DNA of 58,550 nucleotides from Gammaproteobacteria bacterium (GTDB lineage: Bacteria; Pseudomonadota; Gammaproteobacteria; GCA-001735895): contig JBNKUM010000026.1 in assembly GCA_050298595.1 (NCBI GenBank), positions 1-58,550 on the forward strand, in the 5' to 3' direction. Position numbers and translations under genes: made by a program. The notes under the pieces are model-generated. The model worked only from the letters and a program-made list of their open reading frames with translations, had not been told where the DNA came from and ran no database searches. Positions 1 through 8,383 of the stretch are shown here, piece after piece. Position 1 is the first letter of the stretch, and every line of letters starts with the position of its first letter.

Positions 1-136
1 TCTCGGGCACAGTCACTTACAAACAACCATGATTTATACCCATGTAAAACCTGATCATAAGAACGTGAGTAGTCCATTAGATAGACTTAAAAGTGATTAA
101 TATGACGTAAATCTGATCAGCGGCCAAGGAAGGCCA

Positions 137-210
137 ATGACCGCTCCTGGCACACCAGCGACATACATACATTTACCGGGAACGACAGCTTCAAGGAAGG
201 AGCCGTTCAC
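137..210. repeat. 74-bp structured direct repeat, copy 1
   Basis: atgaccgctcctggcac...gcgac...gaacgacagcttcaaggaaggagccgttcac aligns without gaps to 953-1026 and contains an internal inverted repeat gaacg/cgttc. Confidence 0.75.
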
Positions 211-290
211 ATCCTAACCGTCAATGCGAACTCTGACGGCAAAGTCATTCAAAACATCACGATATTTAAATTTACATTTTCCTTTATGTT

Positions 291-872
291 TCATCTAAAC
301 CTATCGCAATCGAGTTTTTTCCGAGCTTCTCTATCTTTTCTTTCAACCATATCCTGATTATAGGTATCACTAAACTCTCGATAATTAGACTGGTAATAGT
401 TCTTTTTCATATATCTCTTGTATTCCCTTTTACTTTTTGCCCCGCCGCTTAAGCTTTTTCTAAATTTATTAAGTGCTCTATTGTCTCTTTCTTTTCTGTT
501 CTGATCCTGTTTTTTCTTTTCCTCCCTTAACATCCTGTCTTTAGCCTTCGCATCTCGTATATTATGTGAATAATCCACCATCAATTTTCTACAAGCTTTG
601 CGATCTTTTTCCTCTTGTCTAGACCTGGCATCCGCATTCATACCAACGGGCCATTTCTTTTGTGATAACACATTTTTTTCAGTCTTTGGCTTTATGAATT
701 CCTTTATTTCTATTCGGTCAGTTTTAGAGGCATTCCCACAGGGTTCAGGCTGGTAAGCAACACTTCCCATTTTACCAATACATTTATACACTGTAGCTCC
801 TACTGCGTCAGACATAACAGCCGCACATGCGACAAATGCAATTACATATCTAGTGAGTCTTATCTGTTCCAC
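291..872 (-). CDS. Exported DUF4124-like protein with a basic coiled-coil C-terminus
   Basis: Signal-peptide-like YVIAFVACAAVMSDAVGA followed by VYKC..KMGSVAYQPEPC (DUF4124-type motif). Start placed at GTG 872 (AAAGGA upstream); ATG 893 is an alternative. The longer ORF-track start at 1022 runs through the repeat. Confidence 0.6.
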   Translation of the reverse strand: MEQIRLTRYVIAFVACAAVMSDAVGATVYKCIGKMGSVAYQPEPCGNASKTDRIEIKEFIKPKTEKNVLSQKKWPVGMNADARSRQEEKDRKACRKLMVDYSHNIRDAKAKDRMLREEKKKQDQNRKERDNRALNKFRKSLSGGAKSKREYKRYMKKNYYQSNYREFSDTYNQDMVERKDREARKKLDCDRFR

Positions 873-952
873 TCTAAATATCCTTTCTAACATGTTAATA
901 GAAATATTCCCTGTTAATAACTTGAGGCTTATTGATTCTAGCTTATTTCTGG

Positions 953-1026
953 ATGACCGTTTCTGGCACCTAAGCGACCTACAACTTCTGGTTTTGAATG
1001 ACCGCTTCCAGGAAAGAGTCATTCAC
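953..1026. repeat. 74-bp structured direct repeat, copy 2
   Basis: atgaccgtttctggcac...gcgac...gaatgaccgcttccaggaaagagtcattcac, with internal inverted repeat tgaatgac/gtcattca. Confidence 0.75.
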
Positions 1027-1051
1027 TTGCTGACCTTAAATGACTACTGAC

Positions 1052-1231
1052 GGTCCAGGCTGTGTGAAAACTATTTTTTAAATTTTTCAAGTGGAATATG
1101 CGGGCTTATATTAGGATCAATTTCGTGTGATTTGTGGTAATTGAGTTCTAAATAATCCTGAAAAATTATCCCGTAGTGGGAAATGTTTTTGGTGTCATCA
1201 AATTGAAGCGAGTTTTCACTCAGCCTGGACC
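1052..1231. mobile_element. MITE-like element with 21-bp terminal inverted repeats
   Basis: ggtccaggctgtgtgaaaact (1052-1072) and agttttcactcagcctggacc (1211-1231) are inverted repeats with one mismatch; the interior is AT-rich with no credible gene. Confidence 0.7.
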
Positions 1232-1244
1232 CAAAACGGAATTT

Positions 1245-1328
1245 CACTAACGATGGAATAAGGGGCCGCTGTAGTTTGGCGGTCCCAGCAAGCGTTTTCT
1301 ACTTGCGACCTTGATTGACTAGTCAGGC
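1245..1328 (-). other. Integron attC-like recombination site
   Basis: Minus strand: R'' GCCTGAC overlapping the stop codon, L'' AATCAAGG / L' CCTTATT with one extrahelical base, internal hairpins (ggggccgc/gcggtccc, gcaag/cttgc) and R' GTTAGTG. Confidence 0.7.
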
Positions 1329-1901
1329 TTTTGACCCAAGTCCTTTTGCTATAGCAATCCATTTCTCTCTTTGCTGTTGGCTCGAACCTCTGATTGGAGC
1401 GAACTCTGATATTTTCACGACTTTTATGCCACAAAACCCAAGAATTGTTCTTTTCATTTCGTTATGTCCAGGTCTGTGATATATCCAACGATAATACCAA
1501 GGTGGAGTATCCATAGTTACCATAAGGTGCGCGGTGCGTCCTAAAAGTAATTTATCCCAAAATTGAGAATTCACTCGATACTTAAACGCAAAACCTGGCA
1601 GGAAAACCCGATCGAAAAAACCTTTCAATAAAGCTGGCATAGCTCCCCACCAATTAGGATAAACAAAAACTATATGATTTGACCATAGGATAAGTTCTTG
1701 GGCTTTTGCTAAGTCAGGCTCAAGCTCCTGGATTTTATTGTAACCATTCCAGAGTATTGGGTCGAACTCTAACTCACCAAGTTGAAGCTCACGAACTTCT
1801 GAACCGCCTGCCTTTGCACTATCTATATACGCCTTGGATAATGAACCACAGAAACTATTTGTGTCGGGGTGTCCAAGAATGACGAGTATATTGCTTTTCA
1901 T
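1323..1901 (-). CDS. Flavodoxin-like NAD(P)H dehydrogenase (quinone), Flavodoxin_2/MdaB-KefF family; gene cassette
   Basis: ILVILGHPDTNSFC, VFVYPNWWGAMPALLKGFFDRV and TMDTPPWYY motifs; RBS AAGGAG; cassette begins ATTAGGC at 1914-1920. Confidence 0.9.
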   Translation of the reverse strand: MKSNILVILGHPDTNSFCGSLSKAYIDSAKAGGSEVRELQLGELEFDPILWNGYNKIQELEPDLAKAQELILWSNHIVFVYPNWWGAMPALLKGFFDRVFLPGFAFKYRVNSQFWDKLLLGRTAHLMVTMDTPPWYYRWIYHRPGHNEMKRTILGFCGIKVVKISEFAPIRGSSQQQREKWIAIAKGLGSKA

Positions 1902-2268
1902 TGCTTCTCCTTAGCCTAATAGCTCGAATGTGTGAAACGCACAAATATTGACTTATGTTGTATTATGTTCTCATTCATAGGTAAATTAATCAATAATCGC
2001 TCCTGGTACCTGCTTGCCTATTTCACCGCACAAACGAATGTCTGCTTTCAGACTAAATCAGAACTACTTTCTGAAACTGCCAGATTTTATCCAAACTTAT
2101 GCAATTCAAAATCAACAACCAGTTTTGTAACTGAATTATTATTTGAAATTTAAAATAAATAGCCTTCGTGTTCTCGGTAACTACTCGGCTCTAGCTTCGT
2201 CGGCTCTGGCATCCTGCTTTGCCCTAATCTTTGTTCGTCGTAGTTCAGTCTTTTTTCGATCTGGTTAC

Positions 2269-2514
2269 CTAGAGCAACTCGATCGAAGGATCTACGGTTC
2301 TTCTCAACTATTGTGCCAGAGTTGCTGGGTCATGCGGAAATAGCTATGCAGGGCGATCTGATGCATCTTATACGATGAAAGATAAACCATTTTCGTAAAT
2401 CCATCCGGATACTTGAACACTACCGGTAATGCTGCACATCAGGCTGCCAACCGTGCTGTACTTGCCATGCGTGACTAGTGCTCCGTAAGCGCGGTAAATG
2501 TACCTGTCTCCTTT
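2269..2514 (-). pseudogene. ndh: Frameshifted remnant of the 3' end of ndh
   Basis: Nucleotide homology to 23769-24013 at an offset of 21500; translation GDRYIYRAYGALVTHGKYSTVGSLMCSITGSVQVSGWI matches the C-terminus of intact NDH-2; contains indels. Confidence 0.85.
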
Positions 2515-2691
2515 CCAAATAGCAGTCATTTTAGAAATAATTATGTGCTTCCATAGTTGCATAGCGGCTTTTCTCAGGTTCGCAAAGGAGAGAAAGAACG
2601 ACCTTACCGTATCCACTACGATTGCCAATTGCCACCACCCTGTTACACTTCATGCCAAAATAACCTTTATAAAATCGGGAGTACTCAGTCT

Positions 2692-3360
2692 ATGAAAGCT
2701 ATGTTATCGATCTGTTTATTTGTTATTTCTACCTTCGTTTGGGCCGGTGATAGCCATGCATCCAGCGCCGTAAAGGGCATAGTACTTGAGACCATGGATG
2801 TACCGGGTTATACCTACCTGCGTCTCAAGACTAAAGACGGCGAGACCTGGGCGGCAGTTACGGCGGCTCAGGTTAAGAAAGATGCCGAAGTCACCATTAT
2901 AAACCCGTCAGTCATGAGTAACTTCGAGAGCAAGACGCTGAACAGGACTTTTCCGACAATTCTGTTCGGTACATTGGCCACCAGTGCAGCGGCAAAAGCG
3001 CCGGTTGCATCAACCACGCCTACCAATATTGGAGATACTACCGTCACCAGGGCCAGTGGTGCGATCGCGAAAACAGTGGTTGAAATCATTACTCATAGCG
3101 CTGAGCTTAAGGATAAACCTGTCCTGGTGCGCGGAAAAGTCGTCAAGTTCAATTCAGCAATTATGGGTAAGAATTGGCTTCATCTACGCGATGGCACGGG
3201 TTCAGAGGCAGAAAAAACAAACGATATTCTGGTGACAACTGAGGATGAAACCAATGTGGGAGATATTGTGGTGGTAAAAGGCACTATTCACACTGACAAG
3301 GATTTTGGCTCTGGCTATACCTATAAAGTGATCATAGAAGAAGCCACATTGCAAAAATAA
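2692..3360 (+). CDS. Exported NrfJ-like / OB-fold protein
   Basis: Signal peptide MKAMLSICLFVISTFVWA; ETMDVPGYTYLRL...ETWAAV N-domain; C-terminal OB fold (VRGKVVKFNSAIMGKNWLHLRDG...DKDFGSGYTY). Start moved to ATG 2692 (GGGAG upstream). Confidence 0.7.
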   Translation: MKAMLSICLFVISTFVWAGDSHASSAVKGIVLETMDVPGYTYLRLKTKDGETWAAVTAAQVKKDAEVTIINPSVMSNFESKTLNRTFPTILFGTLATSAAAKAPVASTTPTNIGDTTVTRASGAIAKTVVEIITHSAELKDKPVLVRGKVVKFNSAIMGKNWLHLRDGTGSEAEKTNDILVTTEDETNVGDIVVVKGTIHTDKDFGSGYTYKVIIEEATLQK

Positions 3361-3629
3361 AAGAATAGTTAAGCCAATCTATTCAACCAGCGAGTCGCCA
3401 GCCTTTGAGCTCCGGTTTGCTGGCATCACCTAAACACGACAGGCTCCTGGTCTCTGATATTTACCTTTAACGTTAACCTGAGCTCTTAAATGGTGGCTAA
3501 GGTCCCATTTATTTTTCAGCGTCGACCAGGTCGCTTGTATGGGTTCGAACACTATAGATTCCTCCACATTTTTGTTGCTGAAATATGTCGTGCTAGTACT
3601 GGGAGGTAGTCCGCCCATGCGTCTCAAAT

Positions 3630-4282
3630 CAAACCGGAATAAGAAATATTTATAGCAATAATCTTTTATAGGTCTTCCTTGTACGCGGGTGTTTTCGGAA
3701 TAGGGTTTAGTGATTAAACTTTTAAATAACCCATGTTAATCATCGAGCCATTGTTTATCACCTGTGAATATTGAGGAATATAGACAATGGTAGCTTCTTA
3801 ACTAATTGTAATTAAAGGGAAAAATATAAAATGAATACCTCTCGGTTTAAAACTAATTTATCGTGTAAATAACCGCTTAGAGAAATGTTTCGTGTGAATA
3901 TATAATTATTCAAATATCCAATAATCAGTATTCATTAAATCAATCTATTGGTGATAAATTTTATAATACCTTACTTTTTATGCAGGAAATAGAAGTAAAG
4001 AGTACATGTATAAATATTTCCAATTAGCCGTTACAACTATAACACTAGGGGCACAAATGTCGGTAATGTAACCATGATGGATTTGGTTTCTGGATAACTT
4101 CTTAATGGAAGACCAGGAATTGATCGATCACTATTTGATTCGATTGTTCCAGGAATCTGAAAGGATTGAAAACTTGTGAATTGGGATCGTGAATCGTTTA
4201 GGAATTGATCATTTTTAATCGGAAGTTGATTGGTAATGGACTAAAAATGCCTCATTTTAGTACAAAAGATGAGGAAGGAGTT
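3630..4282 (+). promoter_or_regulatory. AT-rich upstream regulatory region of the cytochrome operon
   Basis: Long AT-rich gap before a ~19 kb co-oriented gene run; direct repeat aggaattgatc at 4115 and 4200; RBS GAGGAAGGAG at 4271-4280. Confidence 0.4.
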
Positions 4283-4966
4283 ATGAAGCAGCTATTGAGT
4301 AAACACATTAAGCAAAAAGGGTTAATACTGAAACTGGGTTTTGCATCAATTAGTCTGGCAGTTTCTGGTACCACATTTGGCGGTACCATTGTGGGTTCAC
4401 CACATGATATGTCGGCGCAAGGTTGGTCTGGAGGCGAAATCTGTAAAGTTTGTCATACCCCGCATAACGCGCAAGATGGTGTTGTGCCTTTGTGGAACCA
4501 TACTGTCACAACCGCAGTGCACACGATGTATACCAGCCCGTCATTCGACGGATTAGCAACAAGAGCTGACGGTCCCACAGGGGCTAGTAAGCTGTGTTTA
4601 TCATGTCATGATGGGACGGTGGCTCCTGATTCGTTTGGAGGCGCAGTTGGTAATGCTGCGCTTCAAAACAGCAGGGCCATTTTTGGCACTGACTTGACCA
4701 ATGATCACCCCATCTCGTTCACCTATGATGATGCCCTCGCCATTGCTGATGGCGCATTGGCTATGCCATCAGCAGCGACAATGATCAATGTGGGTGAAGG
4801 TACTGATGCGGATAGTGGCACTCTTGCGGAAATGCTGGTACCAACCGGCGAGCTTCAGTGCAATTCATGTCATGATGTGCATAACAAGAAAACGATTACA
4901 GGCACTCCGTTGTTGCGAATAAGCAATGCAGATAGCGCCCTGTGTTTGACTTGTCACACCAAGTAG
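4283..4966 (+). CDS. OmcE-like tetraheme c-type cytochrome (putative nanowire subunit)
   Basis: Four CxxCH motifs in the OmcE order: SPHDMS..EICKVCHTPHNAQ..PLWN..LCLSCHDG..GTDLTNDHPISF..QCNSCHDVH..LLR..SALCLTCHTK at the C-terminus; signal-peptide-like N-terminus; strong RBS. Confidence 0.85.
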   Translation: MKQLLSKHIKQKGLILKLGFASISLAVSGTTFGGTIVGSPHDMSAQGWSGGEICKVCHTPHNAQDGVVPLWNHTVTTAVHTMYTSPSFDGLATRADGPTGASKLCLSCHDGTVAPDSFGGAVGNAALQNSRAIFGTDLTNDHPISFTYDDALAIADGALAMPSAATMINVGEGTDADSGTLAEMLVPTGELQCNSCHDVHNKKTITGTPLLRISNADSALCLTCHTK

Positions 4967-4979
4967 AAAATCCAGGCAG

Positions 4980-5015
4980 TCCCTCGTAGGAGCCAATCTG
5001 CTTCTGCGGGGGGGA
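4980..5015 (+). terminator. Stem-loop after the tetraheme gene (terminator or mRNA-stabilising hairpin)
   Basis: tccctcgtaggagc-caatct-gcttctgcgggggga with G-U pairs; no immediate U tract. Confidence 0.5.
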
Positions 5016-5115
5016 TCTAGTTCACGGAGTAGCAATGGCGTACAGATGCTTTTCCATTCTGCGCGAATGGGTTTTCTGCTTTCATTTATTTTCTCCCTTT
5101 TGAAGTAACTGATTT

Positions 5116-6228
5116 ATGACGATAATAAAAAACCGCAACTGGCAATTTGTTACTGACCTGTTTGCTTTGAGCACATTAATGATTCTGTTAGTCGGATGTG
5201 CGACAACACCAAAGGAGGAAGATGTTGGATTTATATTCTACCCACCGCTACCAAATCCACCGTTAATACAATATTTGCATACATTTTCTAGCCAAAACGA
5301 TGTGGGTGAAGAAATGGGCGGTTTCGCAAAATTTATAATCGGCGACGAGGAGGGCATGACGACTATCAACAAGCCATATGGAACGGCCATCCATGATGGA
5401 AAGATCTATGTCGTCGATACCAGAGGCGGCGGTTATGCAATATTTGATGTAAAGCAACAGGTATTTAGCTTTGTGATCGGGTCGGGAGGCGGGGTTCTCA
5501 GAAAGCCTATCAATATCGCCATAGATAAGGCAGGTAATAAATATATTACTGATACAGGGCGTGATCAGATCGTTGTGTTTGATGTTAACGACGAGTATCT
5601 GCGTGCATATGGGGTTGATGGTGAATTCAAGCCATCGGATGTTGCGTTATCCGGCAACCAGTTATTCGTATCAGACCTGCTGCATCACAACATTCATGTG
5701 CTCGACAAACAAAGCGGCAGGGAAATAACAACAATCTCATCTGTCGGTTCTGATATAGACCAACTCTTCCACCCGACCAATATCGATATCAAGGGTGATT
5801 ATCTCTACGTGGCAGACACCTCAAATGCTCGTATCCAGAAATTTACTCTGACTGGTGAGTACGTTGCAAGTATCGGAAAAATGGGGGTAAACCTGGGCGA
5901 ATTCGCAAGACCAAAAGGAGTGGCAGTTGATAATGAAAACCGAATTTATGTTGTAGATGCTGCATTTGAAAACATTCAGATCTTCAACGATGAAGGAAAA
6001 CTATTGTTATTTTTTGGGGCACCGGGGGTGGAGAAGGATAACATTAATTTACCAACGACAGTGGCAGTTGACTATGACAATGTGCAATATTTTCAGCGCT
6101 ATGCGGCACCGAAATTTCATCTTGAGTATGTGATTCTGGTGGCCAGCCAGTTTGGTAGTAACAAGGTAAATGCCTACGGATTTGGAAAGATGGAGGGAGT
6201 GGATTATTCATCACTGGGGAGAAACTGA
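5116..6228 (+). CDS. NHL-repeat six-bladed beta-propeller lipoprotein
   Basis: Lipobox LLVGC; FYPPLPNPPLIQYL; repeated P.G+A+D..G.+YV.D (e.g. FARPKGVAVDNENRIYVVDAAFENIQIF). Confidence 0.85.
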   Translation: MTIIKNRNWQFVTDLFALSTLMILLVGCATTPKEEDVGFIFYPPLPNPPLIQYLHTFSSQNDVGEEMGGFAKFIIGDEEGMTTINKPYGTAIHDGKIYVVDTRGGGYAIFDVKQQVFSFVIGSGGGVLRKPINIAIDKAGNKYITDTGRDQIVVFDVNDEYLRAYGVDGEFKPSDVALSGNQLFVSDLLHHNIHVLDKQSGREITTISSVGSDIDQLFHPTNIDIKGDYLYVADTSNARIQKFTLTGEYVASIGKMGVNLGEFARPKGVAVDNENRIYVVDAAFENIQIFNDEGKLLLFFGAPGVEKDNINLPTTVAVDYDNVQYFQRYAAPKFHLEYVILVASQFGSNKVNAYGFGKMEGVDYSSLGRN

Positions 6229-6367
6229 ATTGAAAGAAAAATCGGATATAAAAGCAGCCGTTTAGATGATTGGTTCTAGCTATATGCAAACGATGATATT
6301 GATAACGGTCAATTCTCAAATGGCATCAGTTCCATGGGGGAATCACAGAGATAGTGTAAAGGTGCTA

Positions 6368-8383
6368 ATGGAAAACAAATTTGGTGCATACCAGATATCT
6401 GAAATTGGTTGTGTTTGGATGGTCATTGTTTTTTTTATCATTGTTCCGTCTAAAAGTCATTGTGCAACCCTTGATGCATTTAAATTAACGGGTGTAGAGG
6501 GTTCAATCAGGCTGGGATATTCATTTACCGAAACAGATCTTACTCAGGTCGGAGGTACTGATATCAAAGAAAAGAGAAGTGGCATGGAGCAGGAATTCAA
6601 TATCAACGCGCAAGCTTACGTGTTTCATCCGAATCTATTAGAAATGGAACTGGGTGCGGGCTTTCTGGCTGGCCAGGATAAACATGAAAGCAACTCTGGC
6701 ACCTATGATAGCGAGAGTGAGTATTATGATTTCAGCGGGCGCTTTAATTTTTTGAAGAACAAACCGTATCCAGTAAGTTTATATTATGTCAAAAGTAGTC
6801 CGAAGCAGGCAGTAGGTGTGGCAGATAGTCTAAATATTAAATCAGAATTATATGGGCTGTCATCGTATCTTAGGTCACCTCTAGTAAACAGCCCTGTCAC
6901 ATTAAGATTTGATCATACCCAGAGTAAGGGGGAAAGCTCGTTATCGGTTGTCGATGACAGCAGTGATTCCCTGTTTTTGGGTATAGCTACAAACATAGGA
7001 AATGTTGGTAACGGGAGTATTGGCGTGAATAAAATATCGAAAACGTCGGGCAGTGGCAGTCATAACCTGCCTTTGCAGGTGTCCACAAATGACACTGAGT
7101 CTATAGATTGGAATGGTAAAGTCGCATTAGGTAGCGAGCGAAACCTCAGCATAAGCAATCACCTTCTTCTAAGTAGCAGCGAGCAAAATGTCGCTCCCAG
7201 TAGAGATCGGCTTACATTTTATAACCATATAGACTGGAAAATTGATGATGCCACTGAGACTTACAATACTTACAATTTTTCAAAAAATGAATATGACAAG
7301 GTGGAGTCTAAAAACCAGAATCTTGTTATCGGCTCAGTCCATCGATATGGAGAATGGATGACTTTTAGTGCATCTGTTGATACAGAAAATGAGGTAAATG
7401 ACGGCTTTAAAAGATCAAGTTCCAGTTTGAATGGTAGCGCTATAGCACAAATACAGGTAACTGACCGCTGGGCATCTTCACTTGGTTATTCAGCATTTTT
7501 CAGATCCAATAGTCAGTCAACTAATGAGTTGACTATCAGCGCTTTTGATGAAGCTCATACGTTTAGCGGTATCTCTTCCATTACACTGACACATGAATAT
7601 GTTATCTCCGGTAGTGTAAGCGTAAGCAATGAAACTCACTCACAGGATTATGTAGAAAATATTGACTATATTGTCATTACCGTGGGCTCGGAGACCAGAC
7701 TGGAGAGATTGATCTCTGGAAATATTGCTGATGGACAGACCGTATTAATCAGCTATGAATATGAAGCAGGTGGTACGTTTGACTTTGATGAAATTTATCA
7801 ATCTTTTAATATCCGCTATTCTTTAGACCGGCGCTATAATTTTTCGCTATTTTACTCGACCAATAAACAGATATACCAATCAGGTATACCAGTGCACTCA
7901 ATGAAATCTGTGCAGAATTACCGCGTGGGTATGGATGCACAGGTTCCTATTAATAAAACTGCAGATTTTGGTTGGAGGTTGGAATTCGAGAGACGTAATG
8001 AAGACCTAAATCCATTTACTCGCAGCTCTTTTGATCTTAATCTAAATTCATCGTTACCGTTTAACGCGGCATTTTTGAGCGTGAATACAGGGTATCAACA
8101 GGTAGACAATGAATTATCACCCAATGACATTCGTGAAACCTATTTATCGACCAATGTTTCTGCCAGGACTAGTCTGGGGGGGAGAGCAAGTTTTGAGTGG
8201 ATCTATAAAATAGACAAGGGGAGAGATACACCAAAGAACTCAAGCGACGCCAAGTTACGTTACGAATGGAAGAGAGGGCGCCTGGATTTTTCATTATCCG
8301 CCAGGCATACGAAAGAAGAGCAAGGTATTGCATCACGCGAAAACTCAATCGTCGAAGCAGCTCTAAGAAGGGATTTTAGATGA
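6368..8383 (+). CDS. Outer-membrane beta-barrel (porin-cytochrome conduit or export channel candidate)
   Basis: Signal-peptide-like segment, long alternating amphipathic beta strands rich in Y/F/S/N, C-terminal ..LRRDFR. Start moved to ATG 6368. Confidence 0.7.
   Translation: MENKFGAYQISEIGCVWMVIVFFIIVPSKSHCATLDAFKLTGVEGSIRLGYSFTETDLTQVGGTDIKEKRSGMEQEFNINAQAYVFHPNLLEMELGAGFLAGQDKHESNSGTYDSESEYYDFSGRFNFLKNKPYPVSLYYVKSSPKQAVGVADSLNIKSELYGLSSYLRSPLVNSPVTLRFDHTQSKGESSLSVVDDSSDSLFLGIATNIGNVGNGSIGVNKISKTSGSGSHNLPLQVSTNDTESIDWNGKVALGSERNLSISNHLLLSSSEQNVAPSRDRLTFYNHIDWKIDDATETYNTYNFSKNEYDKVESKNQNLVIGSVHRYGEWMTFSASVDTENEVNDGFKRSSSSLNGSAIAQIQVTDRWASSLGYSAFFRSNSQSTNELTISAFDEAHTFSGISSITLTHEYVISGSVSVSNETHSQDYVENIDYIVITVGSETRLERLISGNIADGQTVLISYEYEAGGTFDFDEIYQSFNIRYSLDRRYNFSLFYSTNKQIYQSGIPVHSMKSVQNYRVGMDAQVPINKTADFGWRLEFERRNEDLNPFTRSSFDLNLNSSLPFNAAFLSVNTGYQQVDNELSPNDIRETYLSTNVSARTSLGGRASFEWIYKIDKGRDTPKNSSDAKLRYEWKRGRLDFSLSARHTKEEQGIASRENSIVEAALRRDFR

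Noticed and set aside
873-1022. N-terminal extension of the 243-aa ORF
   Set aside because: It runs through the 74-bp repeat; the signal peptide and RBS point to a start at 872 or 893.
137-1026. CRISPR array
   Set aside because: Only two repeats separated by a whole gene, degenerate units, and no cas genes.
3430-3627. 65-aa minus-strand ORF as a gene or integrase remnant
   Set aside because: No recognisable motif or convincing start; it could be a fragment but I cannot support a call.
3630-4282. GEMM-I (c-di-GMP/cGAMP) riboswitch upstream of the OmcE-like gene, as occurs at some Geobacter cytochrome genes
   Set aside because: I could not find the GCAAA..GAAA..GACGCAAA core by eye; an Rfam scan would be needed.
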